Counted from the first letter of the stretch, positions 1-12,288 are shown. The stretch: DNA of 64,000 bases from Narcine bancroftii (GCF_036971445.1 NC_091469.1:379068001-379132000); one strand, 5' to 3'. Notes: generated from the sequence alone by a model not told the origin. Numbers and translations: made by a program.

Positions 1-1560
1 CACCACAAATAGATCTGATTGCTGGATTTGCGAGGGAACCCCAGCACGCACCAGCATACTAATGCCGATCCCACTGGATGATTTTGAAATGAATTGTCTG
101 CATATACTTATCGGTCTTGTGGGTTTTGGCATATCTGTTTGGGGGGGCCTGAATGGCAGTCCCCCTACCCCTCCCCTCACCAATACCTTACATCACTTCC
201 AGCAATCCCCAATGGGGGTGGGTGTTTCAGGAACTGGTATTTCCCTCCCTACAATTTGTCCTGCAGCCGAGTCTCGACTCTTAGGATCATTCCACGGCCG
301 GTGAGCAGACTTAAGGAATGCTGGTGCGGGCTCCCAAATGAGCATGTACACTGGTGCCACTAGGTGGGTATGGTGGGGGTGTGGTGTGGACCGCATTGGG
401 TGACACCATCAGGGGGGCGGGGGGAACACATCAAAATGACTGTCTATAAAATTTTTGTGCAGTGTTCCAGCGGAAATGTATTATTTTTTATTAAAATATC
501 CCTGTAGTGAGTTATAACAACAGAAGCATTTTTCGTAAGTCCAGCTCACATGTAGCCTAAAACTCTTTGCTAATTTATTTTTTGAACCTTCTAATGTGCT
601 CCAGTCAGAGTCCCCTCTCCCCGCTCAGCACTAGCACTGCCGCCTCCACCCGGGACATACAAAGAACAAACATCTGTTTCTTCTACGCTGGGTATACTCG
701 TACACTCGATCCATGGGGGGAGGGGGTGACACCATGAGTTATTGCACTGGGTGACACCAACACTCGTCACTCTACTGAGCATGGTTCCAACTTTTCAGTT
801 GGTCACAGTGACTGCGAGTGACACTGGTATCCGGGTGCTCCAGTGACCACTGCCGATGGTGCCGTGAAGCTGGGGGCTCCCTGGACTTTGAATAGGGCTC
901 ATTGGATTTGCGGCCACCATGCCTACCCATGGCTCTCTGTGAGCTGGTACAGTTGCTGCTTTCCAGCATTCATCGTGTTCTACATCCACTCTCTAGACAA
1001 CCTTGGGGAGCACCTGGCATACAGCAGCCATCGGGCAAAAGGGCCATTATGGAGGTGGAAAGGTTTTGGATGATAGCCTTTCCCAGGTATGGCACGGCCA
1101 GATTGTCCCTTGAGGTCATCCCAATGACCAGCGTGCTCGAGTCACTGGCCAACGAAACGACAGTGGCACTGCTATGTACTGAAGACACCCTGACTCGAAT
1201 GGTGACAGTGCTGATGGGGTCAGGATGGGGGGGGGGACCCTGCAGAATCGAATGGCCCTGGATTACCTACTCACTGGTGATGGTGGTACCTGTGCTGCGA
1301 TTGGTAAGGAGAGATGCACAGATATCCCTGATGAGTCCAGGAACATCACCCGCTTGGCCGACCACATTTGGGACTGGGGGCCAAAATACAACAATCAAGG
1401 GACCAGTTCCTCCACCACGACACCTCATGGGGAAACTGAGGGGAGTGTCTGGGGAATAGTGGGCAACCGTCATCTACTCAGCCACTGCTCTCATTCTCGT
1501 CGTTATTGCCTTCTGTATATTATGTTGTGCTTGCCAAATTATCAAGGGCATCTCTGCCCT
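1..1560 (+). pseudogene. env: Decayed endogenous retrovirus envelope gene (gamma-type Env: SU + TM), running off the left edge of the window
   Basis: Frame 2 reads TTNRSDCWICEG (CxxC/CWIC at 20-31). SU C-terminal HWICGHHAYPWLSVSWYSCCFPAF lies in ORF 843-1073. A frameshifted furin-like R-A-K-R is followed by fusion peptide AIMEVERFWMIAFPRYG (~1030-1095). Immunosuppressive domain LQNRMALDYLL at 1240-1272, then CAAIGKERC (mutated CX6CC) and membrane anchor ATALILVVIAFCILCCAC (~1481-1535). Several frameshifts. Confidence 0.9.
349..777. mobile_element. Non-autonomous hAT-like MITE inserted in env
   Basis: Degenerate inverted termini CACTGGTGCCACTAG / CTCGTCACTCTACTG, repeated subterminal GGGTGACACC motifs, and near-identical 8-mer flanks agcatgta (341-348) / agcatggt (778-785). 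Env-like coding resumes after it. Confidence 0.6.
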
Positions 1561-2114
1561 TCATTAGTATGGTGTATATCAGTAGCTCCCAAAATTTTCC
1601 CAGGCCACAATCATAGCAACACCCCACCGCCCCCACATACCACGAACACACACCTCTTTTTTGGTATTAGGTCTACTGCAAATTTAAAACAACAATTAAT
1701 CTAACACTATAAACAAGGGTATGCTTCACAAATAAAACTTGTAGTAAACCAACTTATTTAGCAATATGGAAGGGTAAATTAACATCTCACCTGTAACTAA
1801 ATTGTCTTCACAGTTTTCAGACTATATTGCCTCATTTCTTTTTTGTTTGCTGTGCTGTGGCCATATTTTATTCTGCAGTTACTCTCCCAGGTGGGTGGTT
1901 GACGTCCTGGGCAATCATTGTCTCAGGCAGTCACCATCCCGGGTAGCCACCCCCACCCTTTTCTCACCTGACAGATAATGCAAAATGAGCATTGCAGGTT
2001 GAGTTTGTTGGAAACGTTTGGGCCATTTCAGAGCCCTTGCTTTTGAGACCCATTGAATCTGTTTCAATCCTCACACATAGGTGCCTCTTTATTGAGAAGG
2101 ATTGTGGCTGTCAT

Positions 2115-2560
2115 GTAACAGCACTGCCCCCTACCTAGTCAGAGGACCACCAGCTGCCAATCAAGGTTTGGTTCCACCCCACCCATTAGTGCACACCCCA
2201 CTGTTGGACACATGTAAATTACCTGGTCCGCACACCCCAACCTGCCTGTACTTGGCCTTGGGATGTTGTAATTAGATTAACCTTCCTACCACTGAGCTAT
2301 GGCCCCCCAGTAAATGATAAGGGCTTGTCCCTCCAGCACTATAAAGGTGCCATGTGCTCTTTGTTCTCTCTCTTTTGCCAGCTTGGGACCACCCTGCTTC
2401 ACACCAGGCCTAGAAATGTGGAAGGTTGCTGGAGAAATGGTTGGTAAGGTGTGCACTGTTAAAAGGGTTGGGAGTGTTTAATTAGTGTCCCTTGTAGCAT
2501 AGTGCCGGGCCTGCACTGAGTCAAGGAGTGGTGGTGATTTTTCCATGATCATTGTATGTA
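2115..2560 (+). mobile_element. Possible truncated LTR fragment
   Basis: Starts TGTAAC, has CCAAT-like boxes and a TATA box (ctataaa ~2339) followed by a CT-rich tract. No clear 3' CA end or TSD found. Confidence 0.35.
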
Positions 2561-2968
2561 CCAGGTGGTGAAAATATTTTGGGGATGTCCCTCAGAACAA
2601 GATAGCCTTCCACTGATCTACTCTTGTTGTCATAGCACTTATGGCACATCAGGAACAAAAACTGCTGGAAATACACAGCAAGTCAGGCAGCATCTGTAGT
2701 GAGAGATATAGTTGAAGTTTCAGGTTAAAGAAAGCAAGATAGTTTCTGGTTGCAAAGACAGGTAGTCAAAATGAATGTTTCTGATAGCAACCCAAACTTT
2801 CTCCGATAAAATGCTTCTGATGAAATAACCTGTGGATATATTAATGAGTAAAATTGGAGAGAAACTGAGAAGACAAAGAAATGTAAAAGCCGTGAAATGC
2901 AGAGCTGCAGAAAATACATGGTAGGCTCAGCCATGCAAGTGGAAAGAGAAAGATGGAGCCAATATTAT

Positions 2969-3178
2969 GGCACGGTTAGCACAACACAATTACAGCGCCA
3001 ACAACCCGGGTTAGAATCCGACACTTTCTCCGGGTCTGTGTGGGTTTCCTCCGAGTGCTCCTGTTTCCTCCCACCCTTGAAAATATATGGAGTTTGCAGG
3101 TTAATTGGTGTATTTGAGTGGCACAGGCACATGGACCAGAAGGGTCTGTTACCATGCTGTATATACAAATTTAAATTT
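2969..3178 (+). mobile_element. tRNA-derived V-SINE (HE1-like)
   Basis: A-box-like ggcacggttagc, B-box-like gggttagaatcc, V-domain-like gtgggtttcctccgagtgctcctgtttcctcccac, AT-rich tail. Confidence 0.75.
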
Positions 3179-3871
3179 TGAGAGATTCTAAATGGATAAC
3201 CTCTAGCAGAAGCAGCCAATTTTGAAATCGACAGAGGACATAATTGCATGAGGTTACTGAATTTGATATTGAGTACAAAAGGTTGCAAAAAAAATGTTGT
3301 TCTTTAAGCTTGCATTGATTAGATTCTAATACTAAAAGAGGCTACAGGGAGATGGGTCAAAGTGAGGGTCAGATGGAGAATTAAACAGGAAGTTCAGGTC
3401 ACTATTACAACAGGTGTTCCGCAAAGTGGTTGTCTAATCTGCATTTGCTTTCTCCATCACTGAGGAGATGAGAGTGTAAACAATAAATGCAGTACACTAG
3501 ATTGCAGACTGTAAGTGAACAACTACTTCATTGGAGAGACTGTTTGGATCACTGAAAGGCGAGAAATAATAGGTTTTGTACCTCCTATGATTGGAAAAAC
3601 AAAAGAATTGAGAAAGTTGGTTGAGATGGAAGAGGACAAGTGTTGAAAGGGGAGAAGAGAGAAAGATGAGTCAGGGTGGTAGAATTGTGATAAAGACAGC
3701 AGAAAATGCAAAGACGGAGCAATTGAATGCAGAGGGTGCTGGGATGAGAAGGAGGGGAGATCCATACAGTAGGTGATTGGGAGGACTAATAGATTTTATT
3801 TCAACGGGGTTGGGGGAATCATATAAAAGCAGGGTAATGTTACTACAACTGTGAATTCTTTTTGGTTCCTT

Positions 3872-4108
3872 GGGTGGCATGGTTACCATTAGCAATAAGT
3901 GCATCGCTATTACAGCGCCAACGATCCAGAATCCAGTGCTCTCAGTAAGGAGTTTGTATGTTCTCCCCATGACCTGTGTGAGTTTCCTCTATGTGCTCCA
4001 GTTGTCTCCCACCTTTCAAAATGTCTGGAGATTGTAGGTTAATTGGTGTATTTGGGTGGCATAGGCTCCTGGGCCAGAAGGGCTTGTTACCATGTTGTGT
4101 CTAAATTC
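3872..4108 (+). mobile_element. tRNA-derived V-SINE (HE1-like)
   Basis: Same architecture as 2969-3178 (ggcatggttacc...gtttcctctatgtgctccagttgtctcccacc...ggttaattggtgtattt). Confidence 0.75.
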
Positions 4109-4510
4109 TGTTTTCTTTCACATATTCAGATATGTTACCACTGGAAGCCATTCAGAGAAAGTTCATTGGGATGATCTTTGTCAGGGAGGGATCCTCAACA
4201 ATTTGGATACTTCTTGTCACTCAAGTTTCCAAACTCCAATCTCATTGAAATGCAAGTAATTCTTGGGGAGCTCTATTGGGTAAAGCTCCCTTTCCTATCC
4301 ATGTACTTCTCCAAATGTCCTTTCAACATTGTCATTGTTCCCACCTCCACCACTTCTCTGACAGCTCCTTCCCACTCACCCCACACCCTCTGTATGAAGA
4401 AAGGTACCCTGAGTTTCATTTGAAATATTATTTTTTTTAGAGAGACAGCACCAGAACAGATCCCCCTGGCCCATGAGCCTGCACTGCCGAATTACAAATA
4501 TGTGACCAAT

Positions 4511-5694
4511 CTTTGGCTTGGCTTCGCGGACGAAGATTTATGGAGGGGTAAAGTCCACGTCAGCTGCAGGCTCGTTGGTGGCTGACAAGTCCGATGCGGG
4601 ACAGGCAGACACAGTTGCAGCGGTTGCAAGGGAAAATTGGTTGGTTGGGGTTGGCTGTTGGGTTTTTCCTCCTTTATCTTTTGACAGTGAGGTGGGCTCT
4701 ATGGTCTTCTTCAAAGGAGATTGCTGCCCGCCGAACTGTGAGGCGCCAAGATGCACGGTTTGAGGCGATATCAGCCCACTGGCGGTGGTCAATGTGGCAG
4801 GCACCAAGAGCTTTCTTTAGGCAGTCCTTGTACCTCTTCTTTGGTGCACCTCTGTCTTGGTGGTCAGTGGAGAGCTCGCCATATAACACGATCTTGGGAA
4901 GGCGATGGTCCTCCATTCTGGAGATGTGACCTACCCAGCGCAGTTGGATCTTCAGCAGCGTGGATTCAATGCTGTCGGCCTATGCCATCTCGAGTACTTC
5001 GATGTTGGAGATGAAGTCGCTCCAATGAATGTTGAAGATGGAGCGGTGACAACGCTGGTGGAAGCGTTCTAGGAGCCGTAGGTGATGCCGGTAAAGGATC
5101 CATGATTCAAAGCCGAACAGGAGTGTGGGTATGACAACGGCTCTGTATACGCTAATCTTTGTGAGGTTTTTCAGTTGGTTGTTTTTCCAGACTCTTTTGT
5201 GTAGTCTTCCAAAAGCACTATTTGCCTTGGCGAGTCTGTTGTCTATCTCGTTGTCGATCCTTGCATCTGATGAAATGGTGCAGCCGAGGTAGGTAAACTG
5301 GTTGACCGTTTTGAGTTTTGTTTACCCGATGGAGATGTGGGGGGTCTGGTAGTCATGGTGGGGAGCTGGCTGATGGAGGACCTCCGTTTTCTTCAGGCTG
5401 ACTTCCAAGCCAAACATTTTGGCAGTTTCCGCAAAACAGGACATCAAATGCTGAAGAACTGGCTCTGAATGGGCAACTAAAACGGCATCGTCTGCAAAGA
5501 GTAGTTCACGGACAAGTTGCTCTTGTGTCTTGGTGTGAGCTTGCAGGCGCCTCAGATTGAAGAGACTGCCATCCGTGCGGTACCGGATGTAAGCAGCGTC
5601 TTCATTGTTGAGGTCTTTCATGGCTTGTTTCAGCATCATGCTGAAGAAGATTGAAAAGAGGGTTGGTGCGAGAACGCAGCCTTGCTTCACACTC
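4511..5694 (-). mobile_element. RTE-clade LINE, 5'-truncated, young
   Basis: Minus-strand RT motifs VKQGCVLAPTLF and LLFADD (5322-5696), then RLPKIVLYGEL...GAPKKRYKD (4674-4916) and the RTE 3' end. Perfect 11-bp TSD atgtgaccaat at 4500-4510 and 5695-5705. Confidence 0.93.
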
Positions 5695-7043
5695 ATGTGA
5701 CCAATAAATTACAAATAAATGATATGAGCATGATTCCGGTCATGAAGGAATCCAGAACCGGAGGGAATTGTCGCAGAACCAGAAGAAACTCATTTCAGAT
5801 TGAGATGAGGAAATGTCTCATTCTTCAAAGACTTCTCATTCTTTGGAGTTCCTTGCGCCAGATGCTGAATACTTGAATACCTTGAAAGCGAGGATGGTGC
5901 ACTCATTTATTGGTGGGGAATTGAGGATAACGTAGACAGCACAGGAAAGTGAGCAAAGACAGAAGGATCAGCAATGGATATTGAACAACGGGTGAGGGAG
6001 AAGACAGATGAATGGCCTACCCCATCCCATTTTTAATGGTCTGGCACTCATTGCAAACTGGCTACTGCTTCCTCTTTCCTGCTGGGTCCTGCTGCCTACA
6101 CTGACGAGCACATTTTTGAGAGATCACTTGAGTTGCTTAATTTCCCACTGCATTTCAGGGCAGGACTTCAGAGCTGTTATTGATTTGTTAGTTGAGGGAT
6201 TTCTTAGCTCAGTTTATTGTGCATTGTTTCCTGTTGAAATATTCCACACCATTCTTGTGGTCACAGGGACCAAGGCACAACCTCAGATCCAATACTTTTT
6301 CCTAAACTTGCATCCTTACACTTTAACCCTTACACTTTAACCCTTGTTTACTGAAAACATTGGATTGGTCACACAAATGGACCTTGGGGGTAATCCAAAC
6401 CTATTTGCATATTAATTGTTGTTGACATGATTTCCATAACCATTTGCATTTATGCTGATGAGCAACGCCACATAGTAGTCTGTCTTGTTTTCTGAATAAC
6501 TTGAATTGCTTATTGTTATGTGTACTGATATACAAGGAAATGCTTTGTTTTGTGTGCTATCCATGTAAGTGTATACTCAAGTTTGTGTAGTACTGAAATG
6601 AAAGTGCTGGGCATATGTCAAAATGCCATTTCAGGTAGTCCAAATGTTGAGATGTAAAGGTGGAGAAACTCTGCCAAAACGCATAATCACCTACCTCTCT
6701 GAATCTGCAGAGACTGTTTACAAGCCGTATTTTCCAATCCCTCTCCAAGAGGGATAATATCCACAGTGCAGCTCTCCGCCGATCAATCTTAATGTATAGC
6801 CACGCTAAGCGGCTGTTTGGGGGCAGGCTGATGATGCTGTGATCCTGCAACCCATCTCCCCACTCATCCCTCTCCCTCCAAGTTTGTGCGGTGGGGCAGT
6901 GGGAGCTGTCAGCAGGGACTATTGGGACAGCGGGAGCTGTCATAGAGAGCTGGCTAGGCAGTGGGGGTAGTCAGGGACCGCTGGGGCAGTGGGACATATC
7001 TGCGGGGATTGTCAGGGCAGTGGGAGCTGTAAGTGGGAGCCGT

Positions 7044-7240
7044 CAGGAGCTGTCAGAGGGGGCCATCAGGAGCTGTCAGAGGGGGCCATCAGGAGCTGTC
7101 AGAGGGGGCCATCAGGAGCTGTCAGAGGGGGCCATCAGGAGCTGTCAGATGGGGCCGTCAGGAGCTGTCAGAGGGGGCCGTCAGGAGCTGTCAGAGGGGG
7201 CCGTCAGGAGCTGTCAGAGGGGGCCGTCAGGAGCTGTCAG
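7044..7240. repeat. 23-bp GC-rich minisatellite (CAGGAGCTGTCAGAGGGGGCCRT)n, 8 full copies plus a partial; degenerate units extend ~6890-7460
   Basis: Units start at 7044, 7067, 7090, 7113, 7136, 7159, 7182, 7205 and 7228. Explains the repetitive ORFs in all three plus frames. Confidence 0.95.
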
Positions 7241-7609
7241 TGGGGGACCATCAGGGCAGTGGGAGCTGTCAGTGGGGACCAGCAGGAGCTGTCAGCCGGG
7301 GCCAGTAGGGCAGTGGGGACTGTAGGGGCTGCAAGAGCTGTCAGCAGGGGCAAACAGGACCGAGGGGACCGTCAGAACAGTTGGGACAGCAGGGACCATC
7401 GGAGCAGAGGGGGCTGTTGGGGCAGCAGGAGCTGTCAGGGGCAGCCAGTGCGGGCTGGGACAGCCACATTAGACCTTTGGCCTTCGCAGCCCCTCTCTAC
7501 AGCTCAAAACATGGCAGACCAATGGCGATCTTCCCTACCTGGAATTATTCTGGAAACCGTAGAGCAGTTTCAGCTTCCTGGGGTATTATGGGTAGGGAGG
7601 ACGGCCATT

Positions 7610-9480
7610 GCTTTTTATGTACTAAAATAGCTACACCTCTCGCTTTAGAATTAAAGGAGGATGCAATAACATGTCCAACCCAGTCCCTCTTTAATTTCAA
7701 ATGTTCTTTCTCCGTCAAATGGGTTTCTTGTATAAAAGCAATATCTACCTTTATCTTCTTAATATAGGATAAAACCCGCTTCCTTTTAATTGGGTTATTC
7801 AGACTTTTCACATTAGAAATTGTAAAATTCAAATTAGACATATTAATACAATTTTAAAAAAAGGCACTTCACACAGCAAATACAACTTCCAAATAAAGGC
7901 TCCTAAAAAATACAAAAAATACTTAAAAACTACAAACAAAAAAAAACACTAAAAAAACCCCCCCAACCAAAATAATTTTAAAAAAGCCTTAAAAAAAATA
8001 CTGCAAAAGCAGTACCCCCCTCAATTGACCGGGTGTGGTCAATACCACAGGTGGCTGATGACTTCGGAAACAGCAGGGTCATCCACCTCCCCCGACCGAA
8101 CCACAAAAAAAAAACACTTAATGATCTTATAATCCGGACTGAACTTGAATATCCTCCTCCATATCAATCAATTGTGCAGTCTCCAACATTTTCTTCCCAT
8201 TCCCATTCCCATTCTTGGTCTTGGCTATATTCACGGAAGGTTTCATTGACAAATCTTGACTCAACTTGTAATCTGGCAAAGAATTAGCAAAGGTTAATAC
8301 ATCCTGAGCCTTCTCAAAAAATTGAGATTGATATTGCCCATAAAACACCTTCAATATCGAAAAGCAAATTTATACCCCTTCTTCCACAAAACTGCCTTAG
8401 CTGGATTAAACTCCTTACATCTCTGAATAACCTCCTGACTTAAATCCGCATAGAAAAAAACTCTTCTACCCTGAACCATCATAAGGCTCTGGGCAACATG
8501 GGCTTTCTGAACCACAAGACACAAAATAGTCTCTTGGTCTTGATATCTCATACACCTAATTAAAACTGCTCTCAGCGGTTGACCCGGAAACGGTTTCCTT
8601 CTTAACGGTCGATGTGATCTGTCCAATTCCAAATCATCTGGAAATTATTCAATCCCCAACATTGCTGGAATCCATTAGCAAAAAAATTTTGTAGAGTCTG
8701 ATTCTTCAATATCTTCCAGAAATCCAACTATTTTAATATTTTGACAGCTCTGATTTTCCAATGAGTCAATTTTCTGAAAAAAGTCTCTCTTGTGAGCTTC
8801 CCATCCTGTAAATGAGTCCTCAATTTGATCCACTCTATGTTCATTCTTTTTAAATTTATCTTGTACATCATCAACTGCTGTCAAACATTTGTTAAGATCC
8901 ACTTTCATAGATGCAATTCCTCCACACACATCAGTCATTTTTCCTTTTATTTCAGCAAATTGCTCATCTATATTATGAAAGCTGTTAGTCATATAAGTTG
9001 TGATATTCTCATTTTGTTTTGTTAACTCCTCAAACATAGTAACTACATCAGGTCCAGGTGAGGGGCTCATTAAAACTGGTGAAGTAACAGATTTATAAGG
9101 TGAAGCCATTTTTGAAACCCTGGGCCATCCTTAATGGCATTTGCAGCTGCTAAGAAAAGTTCCTGGTCTTCTTCATCCAAAAATTCTAACTATTCCTCCT
9201 CTTCTTCTTCAGGCGGCCTGGCTATGGGGTTGGACCCCCCTCCATGCCGAGCCGACCTCATTGACATGGTGCAGACCGGGTCCCCCCGCAGACTGGACCC
9301 GATCCAGTACATTGTGCATGCGTGAAGTTACACACATGCTTAGAGCACCCATGGTGTGGTAGCAAATGTCTGCCAGTGTGTCGCTATGCACCTAGACACT
9401 ACCGGCTGCGCTCCCAAGCTCGTGCCCCGACACAGCTCCGCAATCCTCGCTACCCTCATGTCCAAAACAAATGTTATCAA
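7610..9480 (-). mobile_element. L1 LINE, 5' part only (broken ORF1, T-rich spacer, start of ORF2 endonuclease)
   Basis: ORF1 pieces 8675-9109 (coiled coil; LENQSCQNIKIVG), 8351-8632 (ELDRSHR...FFYADLS...LWKKG) and 8127-8354. ORF2 start at 7841 (MSNLNFTISNVKSLNNPIKRKR...IAFIQETHL...KARGVAILV) breaks off near 7610. 5' boundary approximate. Confidence 0.88.
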
Positions 9481-9689
9481 TTAGTTCACACATCAGGAAT
9501 TCAGTCAAAATAATACAAGGAAAAATATGGGGGCTGCAAAACAGCTACAGTAAACTTACCTCTGGAATTCCTGAAGTATATCCCTATTGGACATAACTTC
9601 ACTATAGTTATGGAGAAGGATATAAACTGTCATACTGGGATGTGCTGAATTGGGGAAGGGCTAATTTATGAAGAGATGAGGCAGGAACT

Positions 9690-10195
9690 AGTGAAACAGA
9701 TGTTTAAGGGTGAAAGCACAGAGGTAATCTGGAGGAAGTTTTTGGACCATTTGAGCAGTATTCAAGTACATTGACTCACTGAGACAAGTAAAAGATGTTA
9801 GGAAAAAGGAACAGTGTCTGATGAAACAGGTCAGGCAACGAGTCAAGAGGAACGAGGAAACATACTTTAGATATAGGAAGTCGGAGAGCTCAAAGGGGGC
9901 ATGAGAAGGACTTGGCATGTAGAATTAAGGAAAACCCCAAGGCATTCTATGTGTATGTGAAGAACAGGAAGATGATGAGAATGAAAGTGGGGCCACTAAA
10001 GGTAAGGGAGGCAATGCGTGCCTGGAGGTGGAGAAGGTTGGGAGGTCCTAAATGAATACTTTGCATCAGTTTTAACAAGAGGCAAGGATCACGGTGAGGT
10101 TGAAATTGAACAAGCCTATATGGGGGACAATGGAAGATTAAGGTAGCAGAAGTGTTGGATCTTTTTAAAACCATCAAGATTGATAACTCCCGGGG
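9690..10195 (+). mobile_element. CR1 LINE, left part (interrupted by L1)
   Basis: Decayed IKENPKAFYVYVKNR (~9925-9970) and IKIDNSP at the L1 junction; the reading continues at 16514. Confidence 0.75.
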
Positions 10196-10335
10196 AGGAG
10201 TCACATGATGGAGTAGTGGCCAGTTGGGAAAACCAGCCCTCTCCAGGAAAATAGGAAAAAAGTTAGGAAAAAGGAAAGCATAACAAAAATAAAATATAAG
10301 AAATAGAAGATAAAGATACAGAGAAGAGAGAGAAG

Positions 10336-11829
10336 ATGGCTTCCAAGAAGGAGAAAGTAAAAATAACTGGAAAAAAAGTAGAAAAGTCGCCGGAGAAAAA
10401 AGAAGAAGGCCTTACCTGCATGAAGGAACTGGATGCTGTGGTGGCAAGGAGCGCCCGACCCTCGAGGTCAGTGCCTGCCTTGAGGAGTCATGACCCACCA
10501 CCCGGTGCACTACAAAAATGGTTCTTGGAGCCAAACAAAAGTGCGCAACTGCGCAATCAAAGGAGAGAGAGGACACCGGTGGGAGGGGGGTCTCAGCAGA
10601 GGAGCGGGCTGTCACAGAACAAACAACTGAGGGACGCCCGACACCAGGGCACTCAGCTGGAGGACGAGGAAGGCTGCAGAAGAAGGAGCAATGAAGCAGA
10701 CGTGAGAGAAAGACGGAGGGATGACCGACAAGAAGACCAATGTCAGGAAGCACAACAGACGAGCAGACCAGGAAGGGAGGACCAGCAACAAGAGGCCCGA
10801 CAAAGAGATACAATCAGCTCATCAGGAAAAGAAGAGTCACAGACACAAAGAAGAGAAGAAGACACAGACACAGATACAGATACAGAAGAAGAGGAAGAAG
10901 AAGACCAAGATCTTCACAGAGAAATAGAAGGTAAAACTGATGGACAAAGAGAAATAGAAGGTAAAACTGATGGAGAAAGAGAAATAAAATGTAAAACTGA
11001 TGGACAAATAAATAAAAGGTAAAACTGATGGACAGAATATAGATAAAGTCATTTTTGAAGAACAAATGAGATCATTAAAAGAATGGTCATCATTACAGTT
11101 TAATGCAATTGAAAGGAAAATGAAAAGAACAGAAGATAAAATGCAAAGGTTAGAACTGGTAATGACAGAAATAGGGAAAAGAGTAGAGAATGTGGAAGAG
11201 CGGGAAACGGCTGTAGAAATGGAAGTAAATGACTTGAGAAAAATTGGAAGAAAGTGACAATTAAAGAGACACAGAAGTTGTTATCTCAGAAAATTGATAT
11301 GTTGGAAAATTATAGTAGGTGAAACAACATAAAAATTGTGGGCCTGAAGAAGGGTGAAGAAGGCACAGATATGAAGGAATTTATAAAAGGATGGATCCCG
11401 AAGGTCCTGGGAATGACAGAAATGCAGAAAGAAATGGAAATAGAAAGGGCACACAGAACACTAGCTCCGAAACCACAGACACATCAAAAACCAAGATCCA
11501 TCTTAGTAAAATTTTTAAGATACACAACAAGAGAAAATATACTGGAACGAGCAAGGAATAAAGTTAGAGAAGATAATAAACCATTGGAATACAAGGGTCA
11601 AAAAATTATTTTTTACCCAGACACAAGTTTTGAACTCTTAAAGAGGAGGAAGGAGTTTAATACAGCGAAATCGATTTTATGGAAAAAAGGTTACAAATTC
11701 ATATTAAGACATCCAGCCATGCTTAAAATATTTATACCCGAGGAGCAAAACAGACTGTTCTCGGATCCAGTGAAAGCGCAAGAATTCACAGAATGTTTGC
11801 AGGACAGGATTAGAGATGAAGAGATGTAA
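10336..11829 (+). pseudogene. L1 ORF1p (RNA-binding; coiled coil, RRM, CTD), frameshifted
   Basis: Pieces 10336-11022, 11066-11257 and 11338-11829 with LENYSR*NNIKIVG, EIERAHR, PRSILVKFLRY and IFYPDTS motifs. Confidence 0.9.
10918..11036 (+). repeat. 30-bp tandem repeat (about 4 copies) within L1 ORF1 encoding REIEGKTDGQ
   Basis: agagaaatagaaggtaaaactgatggacaa-like units; the last copy shifts the frame. Confidence 0.85.
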
Positions 11830-12288
11830 CAAGAATGAAGAACAACGATTAAAATATATATATATGAAGATGTAAAAATAATGTAGATGTAAAGAACTAA
11901 AGAGGGAAAGGAAAAGGGAAGGAAAGGAGTAAGCAGGGAAAAAAGAAGAGAGAGAGCTTTGTTATATGTGTTTTAAAAAGTGTTTTCTGAAGAGGGCTGC
12001 ATAGAGGGGGATTAACTGTCACTGCAAAATCAATTGACCCTGCGAACAAGATCGCAATCCAAATGAAAAGGGTAGTTGTGGTTGCCCGGCAAGGGATATG
12101 AGGCAACTCAGAAAGGGGGGAACTTTTGGGGTTAAGCTATTAGTGGATGTGGGAACTGGGGGGGTACTTTATGTCTTAAATGTGTTGTCGTACATTAAAT
12201 GTAATAAGAGAAAACTAAGAGATGAAAATGGGGAAAAGGGGGATGGAGGTGGCGAAAAGGTGAAAAAGAGGTGTATGCAAGATATAAG

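Noticed and set aside
1880-1950. Imperfect hairpin downstream of env
   Set aside because: Needs several bulges to pair; not distinguishable from chance by eye.
2969-3030. tRNA gene-like A/B boxes here and in other SINE heads
   Set aside because: No cloverleaf; followed by SINE body sequence.
7044-7240. CRISPR-like regular repeats
   Set aside because: Head-to-tail units with no unique spacers, no cas genes, eukaryotic context.
6891-7630. Long plus-strand ORFs (144, 213 and 91 aa)
   Set aside because: Artefacts of a stop-free 23-bp minisatellite; the same peptide cycles through all frames.
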